A DNA stretch of 63,424 nt, the filler included, from Collodictyon triciliatum (lineage: Eukaryota): assembly GCA_043381765.1 (NCBI GenBank). It is 6 parts of 6 records of this genome, joined end to end, with 100 filler letters (N's around TTAATTAATTAA, not from the genome) between each part and the next. Parts side by side here need not be neighbours in the genome. Positions count along the whole stretch, not along the records: positions 10,604 to 21,098 come from JBHJMP010002654.1; positions 21,199 to 31,690 come from JBHJMP010002655.1; positions 31,791 to 42,277 come from JBHJMP010002658.1; 3 more parts are not named here. One strand, given 5' to 3'. This document shows, in pieces, positions 16,221 through 38,600 of the stretch. Numbering within the stretch: position 1 is the stretch's first letter; each line of letters begins with the position of its first letter. The translations under genes were made by a program, and so were the position numbers. Under the pieces are notes generated by a model, which searched no databases, was not told where the DNA came from, and saw only the letters and a program-made list of their open reading frames with translations.

Positions 16221-18192
16221 TTATAGGAAGGTGTTTTTCTTTTTTAAAGGATTAAAAAGAACTTTCTTGAGTATATTATGGGCGCTGTTAAAGTCCCTTG
16301 TCAAGAATATACTTTGTTTGCTTTCTGAGCGATGGCATTCTTTACATATGAAACTTCTATACACTTTTTTTTTATTTCCTTTCGGTTTTATATATTCCAG
16401 TTCCTTTTCGCAGTTGCAGCACATCTTGGAGGTTCTAAATTTATTTACGCTAACTATTTCAAAACGTTTGAATAGTATATTTCGTAATCCTCTTCCGATT
16501 ACTGCCATAAAATGGTTCATCGGACATTTTCTGCTCCAGTCTCCTTACGCCAGTACAACATCCTTGCCAAATGCCTTTTCGATTCAGTCCATAAACAATT
16601 CTTCACTTCCTTTTGTATTAACATACTGCCTTCATCTCATCTTCCGAAAAGTCACTTGTTCATAAAATCCGGAAAACTATCTGGTATCATGGTTTCATTG
16701 ATACATATTCTCGAAATTTTTCATAATCGACCGTGCATGAATTATATTAATCCAGTTCTGTCTCTAAATCGATTAAAGATACTGTTAATGTCTCAAATCA
16801 CTGATTCTCTTCAAAAGTCCTGAGACCAAAAGAAACAGGATTTTGTAAACCTGTTGCCATGCATATCCCTGAATAATTGTACTTTTCTTTCTCGCGTAAG
16901 ATTATTTTGTGATTTATAATGGATTTGCTATGATGTCTTCTTGGTGTGCCGCGTAACGTAATTTCTTACCTGTCTCATCCACCATGTAAACCAAATTAAA
17001 CTTACCTGCGTCCACTCCAACTATTCTTTTTTTGTCGCTAATAAAGATAACAGCTTTTCGGAAAGTTCATCTAAATAAATATATTCTTGGGGGTTTTCGA
17101 TTATATTTTGAATTTTGAATTTGAGATACCTTTCTTTTCAAACAATAATGACACTGCCAACCGTCTGTTTGTATCATGTATTAAATATTGTAGTCTCTTT
17201 GATGAAAGACCCTCTTCTTCATTTCAAAGAACTCATCCCATGGGGTCTCTATGCATCCTGATATATTCTTCAGTAATAATGTTTTTCCAGTTGATACTAA
17301 TAGACTTATCAAACATGCAGTGCTAGAGTAATATGACATGGTATATTGTTAGTTCTTATAGGAATTGATTGGAGCAGTTTGGTTCCAATGTCCTGAAAAA
17401 TGCGATTCATGTAAATTAGACATGGAATGTACTTATTTGGATTGACTTTGACGTCATATTCGATAGTTTTTACAATATCGCTGGGAATGATATGATGCAA
17501 GTGCGTTCTAGTCCATTATTTATATTGTTCCGTTATGTCGAGTTTCTTGAAGATAGCTTCTTTTTTAACTTTCGTAACTCTGCCTTTTTAATAGCTTCCG
17601 TCATATTCTCATCTTTAGGTACTGTTTGATTTATAAAGTGCAGTAACCTCTTTACAAAATGCTCCTTAATGTTATCATGATAAGCTGTTAACACTTGTTT
17701 CGCCAAGTACGGTAATAAATGATACAGTCCAACCAACGAAAAGCGTTCTTGTCGGGACGAAAGGAATCGAAAATCATTAAGATGAAAAAGTCATCATGTC
17801 ATTACTCATTTCTGGATGTTTTAATCTTGCGGGTCTATCTTGTGAAACTATTCTGACTGTCTTCAAAGCGTACAAAAAAAAACAAAAAAAAAACATTTCA
17901 TCGATTGTTGGGACTTTTGTGATTTCAATATGTAACATCTTGCAAACAGATAAGTGTTGGTAGCCAAATTATGACACAATAAAACCGTTTCGTTGATTTT
18001 GTCATAGTCATACGCATTCTTTACAATCGACTCTAAATATGTCTTCACATTTCAATAGCTAGGTTTTACAGACTTTAGATTCTCAGACTCAAGCCGTTTC
18101 CTTTCCTTCTTATGAAAGTCTTTGTTTTACTTTTTCCCATAGAAAACTACCGAGTCTTCAATTTTAATTAGTCAATTTAATAAATAAATAGA
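16095..18192 (-). mobile_element. Non-autonomous Fanzor1-carrying element with possible Helitron-type termini
   Basis: Contains only the Fanzor relic. Putative 3' end is hairpin-10 nt-CTAG|T at 16095; putative 5' end is A|TCTATTTATTTA at 18192. No TIR or TSD found. Boundaries are tentative. Confidence 0.45.
16221..18140 (-). pseudogene. Fanzor1 (eukaryotic TnpB-like RuvC nuclease), disrupted by stops and frameshifts
   Basis: Collinear fragments: VKTYLESIVKN...TYLFARCYIL; YLAKQVLTAYHDNIKEHFVKRLLHFIN; LLQSIPIRTNNIPCHITL; IQTDG; RuvC-I IVGVDAGKFNLVYMVD; FRKMR*RQY...VLA*GDWS; RuvC-II VNKFRTSKMCCNC; CKEC; RuvC-III TRDFNSAHNIL. About 640 codons in total. Confidence 0.9.
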
Positions 18193-18264
18193 TAAACAAC
18201 TGCAAAAAGTCAATTTATTTAAAATTAAGCCTCTACTGAGACTCTCAAAATGTGCGCATTGTGA

Positions 18265-18357
18265 CAAACAAACAAACAAACAAACAAACAAACAAACAAA
18301 CAAACAAACAAACAAACAAACAAACAAACAAACAAACAAACAAACAAACAAACAAAC
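18265..18357. repeat. (AAAC)n microsatellite
   Basis: Direct reading. Confidence 0.95.
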
Positions 18358-18984
18358 CTTGGAAATTAATTATTTCCTACTATTACTGCTTTACTTTAAA
18401 ATCCTTTTCGTTTATCTACCTTATATTCTTGTTACTTTTAATGCGTCGTTCTTATTCTTTTTTACTTGTCCTGAAGATACAGCGAGATTTTCTGCAAGTT
18501 TGGCCGGCAGCAAAGGACAAATAATTTCCAGGCACAAACGCAACGTTGAAACTGGCGCTTCTCCTTGGTAGCCTATAACCCATCTATGGAAAACCTTTTA
18601 CCATACTTTTCGGCCAACTGTCATTTCCCAGGTTCAGTCCTAAATCTGATGTGCGAGGTGGAGGCGATTCCTGAGAAAGCACGCGTGCCTCGCAGCATGT
18701 ATCCACATTAGGAAAATTCTAATTGTGGGGTTTTCATTCGAGAAAGAGCAACAAGCCCAAACGAAGCCGGTGGCCGACGGAGTCCTCTGTGGTGGCATTG
18801 GTCAAACAACCAGGGCATACGATCGAGAGCAACAAACTCGTCCTTCAGTGTTGTTCGTCACACTGGTCTGAGTATATGGTATCGCTGAGGGGGAAATTGG
18901 GCGGCTAACAGTGGTTACCTCTGGCCCTTTTTTTCTTTAATGCACATTCTCATTTATTTTTGCCTCGTATCCTTGGGTAAGCAT

Positions 18985-19236
18985 CTTTTCTCTTTTTCTC
19001 TTTTTCTCTTTTTCTTTTTTCTTTTTCTTTTTCTTTTTTCTTTTTCTTTTTTCTTTTTCTTTTTTCTTTTTCTTTTTTCTTTTTCTTTTTTCTTTTTTTC
19101 TTTTTCTTTTTTCTTTTTCTTTTTTCTTTTTCTTTTTTCTTTTTTCTTTTTTCTTCTTTCTTTTTTCTTCTTTCTTTTTTCTTCTTTCTTTTTTCTTCTT
19201 TCTTTTTTCTTTTTTCTTCTTTCTTTTTTCTTTTTT
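18985..19236. repeat. T/C-rich low-complexity tract
   Basis: Variants of (TTTTTC)n. Confidence 0.9.
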
Positions 19237-19357
19237 CAACAAAAATATATCATACCTTTCCAACACAACCCTAAATTCTTGGGTGAAACAAAATATGGTA
19301 TTGATGGGGGAGGACTAATGTGTCTGATGATATAGTCGCGACAACTTCTAATAACAG

Positions 19358-21037
19358 AGAGGATTGGGTAGGATGGACGCTCAATGGCTCAGCCGGGTTG
19401 CTGGATCACACGCCGATCGATACTTGTTGGACCAACACCTAATCCCACTTTGGTCCGAGAGCGGAGCCAATGTACTATCTCTTTGGTCGGTGCTTTTTGT
19501 TCAGAGCTTTTTCACCGCCATCTTTGCCCTGATGCCAATCACTCTGTTTTACGTCCCAGCCCTGACGATGCCTGCAGATGAGCTTAACTTGGTAGTTGAC
19601 CTCATCTATGTGGTTCTTTCAAACGCTATTATGCATACCGCCTTTGCCGCTCTTGCCTGCTTGATTCTTCGTCATCTGTTTGGCTCTCGCATTGCTGCTC
19701 TAGTTGCTTGCAGAATTTACATATATGTATTTCTAGCTGCAGTCTCTTTGTCTTTACCGATTATTTTCGATAAGCCGATTCGTTTGTGGATTCAGCGTTT
19801 TCTTATTATGAGCTACTTTTTTGGCTTCGGTTATATTCACAAATTTGCAGATAGTCTATTACCATATGCAGAATCTGACTTACATCGTAGGCTTCTCGTT
19901 GATGGTACTGCAATTGTTTTGTGTAAAACTTTAGTGGCATGTGTGATATTTTACAATGGTGTTCTAATCGTGTATCCCATTTTTGTAGAGTCAGATTTCT
20001 ATACCCAGTTGTTTATACGGCTAGTTTTTATGCCATTGATTTTCTTCTTTGTGGATTATATACAAATATACTCATTGATTAGTCTGTCGCCTGGACATAT
20101 GACTAAGAGAATGGACATTGTTTCATTGGTGAATTCATATGCTCGACTTCTTGGTAGATTAATGATTGCCACTGTCAACAAGGATAACTATGAACGTAAT
20201 TTGATTGTCATGTGCACCGGTGTTTTACTGATAGATATTTTCAACCGAATTACATATAACATTCGATATCATACTGCTTCTCGACTTCATTTTTTTTGGA
20301 AAAGTACAGATGTAACTGTTGGGTCCATCTATTCTTTTTTAAAAGAAAAGGTCATGTATCCTGTTCACAAAATAACGCATCAATATACTGAAGAACAACA
20401 AAAATACCAGTCGTCCCGAAAGAGAGGCAAAGACAATCCCCACACAGTTAGAGTAGAGCAATCACACAGTACCTCGAGCTCTCCCCATGTCCACGTAACT
20501 GAGGTTGTGGAACACGACCAACAGATTCTGCCTGCTGAAACGGCTGCTTTACAAATATCCGTGGCTGAGGTTGATGATAATCAAAGTCGTTCTGTTAATG
20601 TTCGTATTCATCATACTATATCTTATACTGACAATGCGGAAGGTGATGATAAAGCTCCTTTTGAGCTACCCAGCCCCTTAAAGGAAATGCGTGTCAAGCA
20701 GATCATCGATAATGTGGCCGTTGAGATTCGTCTCTGCATTCTGATGTCTTTCTTTGTGTTCTATATCGGTCGTTTGTTTCCTGCCAATGAGCTCCATTCT
20801 CCGTCCAACCTTGTTCAATGTTTTTATCTGCTCGGAATTCAAGTCATATTCGAATTTATTACAGACGCCGTATCTTTCTATGTAGAAATTTACTTTTATA
20901 AGCTTCCTTTGGACATATCTTACGATGATTTCAAGGGAGTCAATCGACTTGTCTTTGCATTTTCCTTGTATGCTATCATCGGCTTTCAGTCTTACATATC
21001 TTTCATAGTTAATTTTCATTATCATGTTGAAGACTAA
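19358..21037 (+). CDS. Uncharacterised multipass membrane protein (about 8-10 TM) on one large exon; small upstream exons near 18650-18880 are possible
   Basis: Uninterrupted ORF of about 557 aa with many hydrophobic helices and a polar loop. Acceptor AG at 19356-19357; first ATG at 19373. Confidence 0.8.
   Translation, partial: RGLGRMDAQWLSRVAGSHADRYLLDQHLIPLWSESGANVLSLWSVLFVQSFFTAIFALMPITLFYVPALTMPADELNLVVDLIYVVLSNAIMHTAFAALACLILRHLFGSRIAALVACRIYIYVFLAAVSLSLPIIFDKPIRLWIQRFLIMSYFFGFGYIHKFADSLLPYAESDLHRRLLVDGTAIVLCKTLVACVIFYNGVLIVYPIFVESDFYTQLFIRLVFMPLIFFFVDYIQIYSLISLSPGHMTKRMDIVSLVNSYARLLGRLMIATVNKDNYERNLIVMCTGVLLIDIFNRITYNIRYHTASRLHFFWKSTDVTVGSIYSFLKEKVMYPVHKITHQYTEEQQKYQSSRKRGKDNPHTVRVEQSHSTSSSPHVHVTEVVEHDQQILPAETAALQISVAEVDDNQSRSVNVRIHHTISYTDNAEGDDKAPFELPSPLKEMRVKQIIDNVAVEIRLCILMSFFVFYIGRLFPANELHSPSNLVQCFYLLGIQVIFEFITDAVSFYVEIYFYKLPLDISYDDFKGVNRLVFAFSLYAIIGFQSYISFIVNFHYHVED

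Positions 21038-21038
<1 letters not shown>

Positions 21039-21098
<60 letters not shown>
21039..21098. repeat. (CA)n microsatellite at scaffold end
   Basis: Direct reading. Confidence 0.95.
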
Positions 21099-21198
21099 NN
21101 NNNNNNNNNNNNNNNNNNNNNNNNNNNNNNNNNNNNNNNNNNTTAATTAATTAANNNNNNNNNNNNNNNNNNNNNNNNNNNNNNNNNNNNNNNNNNNN

Positions 21199-21290
21199 AG
21201 AAAGAGAGAAAGAGAGAAAGAGAGAAAGAGAGAAAGAGAGAAAGAGAGAAAGAGAGAAAGAGAGAAAGAGAGAAAGAGAGAAAGAGAGAA
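21199..21290. repeat. (AGAAAGAG)n repeat at scaffold start
   Basis: Direct reading. Confidence 0.9.
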
Positions 21291-21349
21291 AGAGAAAAGA
21301 GAGAGAGAATGATATGAGATGGGTCAATACATGGCCTTACTGGCCCACG

Positions 21350-30108
<8,759 letters not shown>

Positions 30109-30626
30109 CCTAAGACTTGGGCCGCAAAAAAACGCAGGAGGAAAAATGGTCAACAAGCAGCACAGAACGAGGGGGAGTGGGCACATGAGGAGAAGGAGAG
30201 GACTTATGAGGTCGCTCAAATGACTCGTCAGAAGAGAGGGGAAAAAGAAATTCAATACTTGTGACCAATACGCAAAGTCAGCACAGCCGCAGTTGATCTT
30301 GTCTTCTGTCCTTCTGTTTGCTTGCCTTCTCTGATCGCGATTCTTGGCTGCCTTTGTGCGATTTTGGCTTCCCGTTCCACCCAGTGATGCCAAATTCAGC
30401 ATATAAGGTATCTTGTTATATATACAATTTAATACTATATTCATAATAATTATATTATTTATTAATGTATCTAAGCAACTTTACATTATATAATAATTCT
30501 TGATAATATAATATCCGCATTAAGAAATAACTTGTGGAATTTACTTGCTGGCTGATTTTCCTGCTTGCAATCGCGATCAAGAGCACGGGAAAAGGCGATC
30601 CTTGAAAGCAAACGCAGCCGCCAAGA

Positions 30627-31453
30627 ATGTCCGGGCGAATAGTCTCCTACGAGCCGTATAGCGAGGCAGACCAGAACTACACAAACGCACCGAAGCTGCT
30701 TCCTGTCCCCAGGGTAAGACTTGCACCCTGGCTTCTTTTTTCCTTTTTCTTTGATCTCGTAATCAAACATAATTGCCATTTCGCCGATGCCTTGCAACGC
30801 CACCGAGCCAGTCTTTCTGTTTCTGCCGTTCCGCACTGACACGCCTCTTTATGCCCTTCTGCCCGCATAGTTGACCGAGAGAGACGTCGTTGTCTGGGAA
30901 GCAGTTCGGTAAATAAAAGCAACTTTTCACTCTTTTTTTTCTTCTTCATTTTGCTTCATTTTACCTTTCTGAGCGCTGTTTGTCTGCTGGTGCATGAGTC
31001 ACTGAATGTTATCCTTCCGTGCTTCATCATCTGAGAATGGCTATACATCTATGATGAGAATAAAATGCCTCTAAAGGTCAGGCGAGTCGGCCACCAGAAA
31101 GAGGTCCCTACAAAGTGAGGGCGACGACCACGAAGGACGGGAGTCTGTGCAGCCTGCAGCAAGTAGCATTTGTTCCTTTGCAGCAAATTATTTCAACTGT
31201 AACAATATGATTAATGCATTCATAACCCCCCAATAAACCAAGTTTGTATCTAATTCAAATATACTGGAAGCTTGTTCTTTCATGGCGGAGTAAGCTTTAC
31301 TTGTTAAAATAATCCTGCTTTCCTCCTTGTAAAGGTTTGGAGAGTCTTGTCAAGCCATCCAACATCAGCGTTGGCTGGAAGCTAGGGAATGCCCAAGCCA
31401 GCACATCCTTAAGCACGCGCGTTGAAGCTCTACCCAGGCTGTTTTCTGATTGA
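30627..31453 (+). CDS. Small hypothetical spliced protein, divergent from GSAP
   Basis: ATG at 30627: MSGRIVSYEPYSEADQNYTNAPKLLPVPR|GTAAGA, then LTERDVVVWEAVR|GTAAAT. Later exons are ambiguous. Confidence 0.35.
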
Positions 31454-31554
31454 TCAAAGGCCTTTGGCAAAGCTCTATCTGTCAGTGCCTACTTCTGCAC
31501 AAATAGGACATCTGGGGTTCTTGTTTCGATAAATAAGAGAGGAAATTTGCAGGC

Positions 31555-31645
31555 TTTGTTTGTTTGTTTGTTTGTTTGTTTGTTTGTTTGTTTGTTTGTT
31601 TGTTTGTTTGTTTGTTTGTTTGTTTGTTTGTTTGTTTGTTTGTTT
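31555..31645. repeat. (TTTG)n microsatellite
   Basis: Direct reading. Confidence 0.95.
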
Positions 31646-31790
31646 TTGTACGCTTTAAAGACAGTCGGAGGAGTTTCTTAACATAGACACNNNNNNNNNN
31701 NNNNNNNNNNNNNNNNNNNNNNNNNNNNNNNNNNTTAATTAATTAANNNNNNNNNNNNNNNNNNNNNNNNNNNNNNNNNNNNNNNNNNNN

Positions 31791-31883
<93 letters not shown>

Positions 31884-32914
31884 TTGCATTATCAATAACC
31901 CACAAGAAAACGGACACCGAAGACGAAACGATGGATGAAAATTACATACTGAAAGAAAAAGTTCAAGATCTGGAGAGACAAAAGAATCGATGTAATGTTT
32001 CTTCCTGATATATGCATTTTTAATCTTAACCTTCCGCCCATTATCATGAAACCCCATCAACGTATTTTATTGTGGTGTACGGTCAATCCCAATTAAAATT
32101 TTTTACTCTTTTAGTGGCCAAAGATCTGGATGAGACAAAGAATAAGGTGAAGCATACACAAATTATCCAAATTATAGTATTTATAATGTGTGTTTGAAAT
32201 TAAGCCGAATATTCCGCCGAAATCAACATTTTTACTCAAATGGGCCCACGATAGTTATACGATATGGAGGATAGGTTGAGAATCGCAGAGGTAGTGAAGA
32301 TACTATCTTATTCTGTTTGATTAAAGTGTTGGCTTGCAATTATTTTATTTGACGTTTAAATTATGAAATATTACTATATTTTCAGAAAGGAGCGCAGTCC
32401 AAGACGTCCAACGAGGTTAATCTCCTCAACAAGCTACATTTGATAATTTCTATTCATCAATACTTTACATTTGCCTCTTCTTTTTTTTTTTCTTGAAGAG
32501 AAAGTGATGAGATTTTAAATCAAGTACATGTCCGAGGTGCTATGTTTGTAATTGTTAAACAAATGAAATAAAATAGGAAAATGAACAATTAAGAGAAGCG
32601 CTCAAAAAATACCAGGAGACTTTGACAATTAAAGAAGTGGAAATCACGAAAGTATACCTCATTTCGCACATAATCTTTGAACTGCTATATATTTTCTAAA
32701 AAAAATATAAGAAAGGACGAGTTGTTAAACTTCTTGGTATTTAATGAAAGGGTATCTGTAATTTCCTGGTCTATACTCTGACCTACAAGATTCGTCTGAA
32801 CCCCCTTTAATTTCTCTCTCTCTATTTCCTTCAATCACCAAAAGTTACTTGGGACGCAAAAGGAGTTTGATAACATCGTCGACCAGAATATTCAATTGAA
32901 GGTGCGCAATCTAA

Positions 32915-35240
<2,326 letters not shown>

Positions 35241-35624
35241 GTACATATTATATACTGTTTTTGACTTGATAAAACTCCTCATATGTGTTTTTTGGATGTA
35301 ATAAATAAAACTTCCTTTTTGTTTTCTGTAACAATTTTTTTTTGAGAAACTACACTCATATGGCTGTACAACTAGGGTCTTCTATATTAATAAATTGTTC
35401 TAAATATGCAGGTAACCGACAAAATATGCGTGGAATGTAGCCCTCCAAAAATAATGACGAAATTGAGGAAATCATTGATAAAAAATAACTCTATGACCTC
35501 AGAAATTAGCAACCTGCATATTCCCAGGTTTCTACTTCCTTCTTAAACTTGATTTTATCAATACATAGTGTCTTACATTAAAAGAATATATGAAAAGGTT
35601 ACCATCCACAATATTATTTTAAAG

Positions 35625-38600
35625 GCCAAGATATTCCCCCCGGTCATTCTGTCGGGATCTAGCCGTCACACTAACAGTACTCATGACTATCATAAGTCAA
35701 ATTAGATGCATAGAGAGGTGAATGTAAATAATATTATGGTTAAAAATCTTGATTTCTAACGTAGATTTACACATGATACTGTAGCCAACAGATGAAATAC
35801 AAGTGCATTTATACTCGAAAAGAACTTTTGTCGATGAAAATAGAAGATGCATTTTATATTCTTCTTGATTCATACGAAAATTCATGCCTCAGAGGACTCA
35901 ATGATGATATGGCCAACTCTAGAAATATCGAAGAATTATCGATATTTTCAGACAAGGAAGTTTTTGAATCTCTACCTCCTGTATATGACATCGATAATCA
36001 TAGGAATTCGATAGGAAATCGTCCCATTTTATTTGAACATGCGAATATTATCCATGATAATGGTCTCTCTGCAGACGATGGTAACATGAATCGCAGTAAT
36101 TTAACAGATAGAGCAACCCAAGTAGATTCCTATATCCTTTATACCCTTTATGATAAATCGAACGGGAGCCTTTGGAATGATAATACAGGATGGAAAAACG
36201 AGTCTGTCCCTGTTTGCTACTGGTATGGAGTAGAGTGCGATAGTGGGTGTAGTGACGAACAGATCAGGGTTAGTGTGCGCAATATAATATTTTCTTACCA
36301 ATATAGTACTAATGATAAAGATTATATTTTAATTCATCGACTTGAGAATAACCAGTAAAATGAAATTATAATAAATCACAGGGTAACGCTTGTCCTGTCA
36401 CTGGAATGTGGATGCAAGGAAACAATCTTTTTGGAGATATCGGAGATATTGGAATCTTATTGCAACAAATTCCCACTCTTATCCATGTTGATATAAGCTT
36501 GAATTCAATATTTGGAGCCATTCAAGACTTCTCCTTCCCTATTCTTGAATATTACAACCTGTTTGGAAACGAGATTGGAGGTGCTTTAGTTGATTTTCAA
36601 GGTATACCGAATATCAGACATATGGAAGTTGACAGTAACTATATCAGCGGAAGTGTACCCAACTTTACTGGAATACACCTTATCAATATATTATGGATAG
36701 GTGCTTGTGATTTGATAGAAGGTAATTTTATTTAAAACAATAGTGAATGGTTAAAGTTGATGAGTGATTGTCGAGTATTAATGACGTATGTATCATATAG
36801 GTCCTATGCCAGATTTTTCTAATATTCCAATCATCGGAACACTTGGAATCTACGAAACTCAGATATATGGTTATTTCTTTTAAAAGCATACTTATTTCTC
36901 TATATTTCTGGTTTCTTTGATAGATTTTTGAACTCTCATGTTCAAAACATAGCTCAATCCCGTATTATTAAAAAAAATTTATCATAGGATCTGTGCCCGA
37001 TTTAAAATCCTCCATATTCATTAACTGGATATATCTACATAAAAATAATATTAATGGTAGCAAATATATTTTGATATTTATTGTAAGATACTCATCAAAA
37101 TGATTATTTCCTTTAATAACATATTAACTTAAGAAAAACCAATATGATAGGAACAATACCCAATTTCACAAATAAGCCCACAATTAACCGAATTTCTCTT
37201 CATAGCAATTTGATATGCGGTAATTGAAACTTTAGGAATGCTTTATACCCTGATAAATGAATGACATAGTTTTTTATTCTCATATTTGTTCTACTCATTT
37301 CTTTTCAGGGACTATCCCTGATTTCGCTTACATCCCAGAAGTAGACCGCATATACCTATATGGAAATATGTTGCATGGTTTTATTTACCACAATTGCTCA
37401 TTATGGAACCTTTTGATAACGAAATGCCATCTTATTTTAAATTCTTTGAAGAAAACAGAATGGCTGTTATCGTTAACTTGACTAATGCATACAACAATGC
37501 AGGTTCAATTCCTGACTTCAATTATTTGGTGCAAGCCACAGAATTGTATTTATTTGACAATGACCTTACTGGTACATCATTTACATATCGAATTATTTCA
37601 AAACAGTTATTTTTCCCTTTATTCTATCCGAAATGATTTTACAACAATTATATCATCGTAATTTAAGACTTCAATATGACTATGCAACTATCATAAAGCA
37701 AATGGTCAAAACAATAAAGAAGCCGAAAAATGAATAGGTACCTTGCCCAATTTTAGCTCACTGCCAAAGGCCAAAGAGATATACTTTTATAATAACAATA
37801 TTACAGGTAGTTTTGAATCAATTTTAAGCCGAAATTTTACAATTCTATTACAATATTTACATTTCAAATGACAGAAATCATTAAATTGCAAAGCTTGTTT
37901 GTTTTCAAGCAATTATTGTTTTGATTTTGTATATTCACTTGTCACCATCAACATCTAGGAACTATTCCAAACTTTTCTGGTTTGCCAAATATTATATGGT
38001 TTTCCGTATCAGGGAATAATTTAAATGGTTAGTATGATAAAAAAAAAACATTCAAAAACATCATACATTCTTAAATTCTTATATTCTTGGAATTTTCTTA
38101 CATCTCGGGACTCACTAAATTCAACAATATCGATAGGGGAAATTCCAAATTTTAGTCATATGAGGGAACTAAATTATCTAGATGTTTCAAACAATAAACT
38201 AACCGGTATTTATTTCGTAAAAAAAAGCGGCTATATTTGAAGTGTTTTTTCTTTATTTTTTGGTTTTATTGATTATGGATCGGATAAATTAATAGGATCT
38301 GTGCCTAATTTTGACAACCTTGGAAACTTGAAAACCTTAGACCTGTCAAGGAATCTTTTCAACGGTAACATAGTTATTTTGATTTAACATTAATGATTAT
38401 CCAAGTTTATTTATATTATATTTAAGCAATGGTGATCGTAGCATTCTCTCACTTTTTTTGTCATTTAGGGGCACTCAAAATGATTTATTTTTGTTATGAA
38501 TATTAACACTTTAGGGCAGTTACCCGATTTTTCATCTGCAAGCAATTTGACATCCCTGTACTTGTATGGTAACATGCTTTCTGGCTTCCTGCCTACTTTC

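Noticed and set aside
16231-16823. Plus-strand ORFs of 144 and 103 aa
   Set aside because: Antisense shadows of the Fanzor relic
16000-18265. Terminal inverted repeats or an associated transposase for the Fanzor element
   Set aside because: No convincing inverted match between the flanks, and no transposase, recombinase or RepHel ORF on this scaffold
36801-38364. Regular periodicity as a CRISPR-like array
   Set aside because: There are no identical DNA repeats; the periodicity comes from protein-coding LRR exons with splice sites
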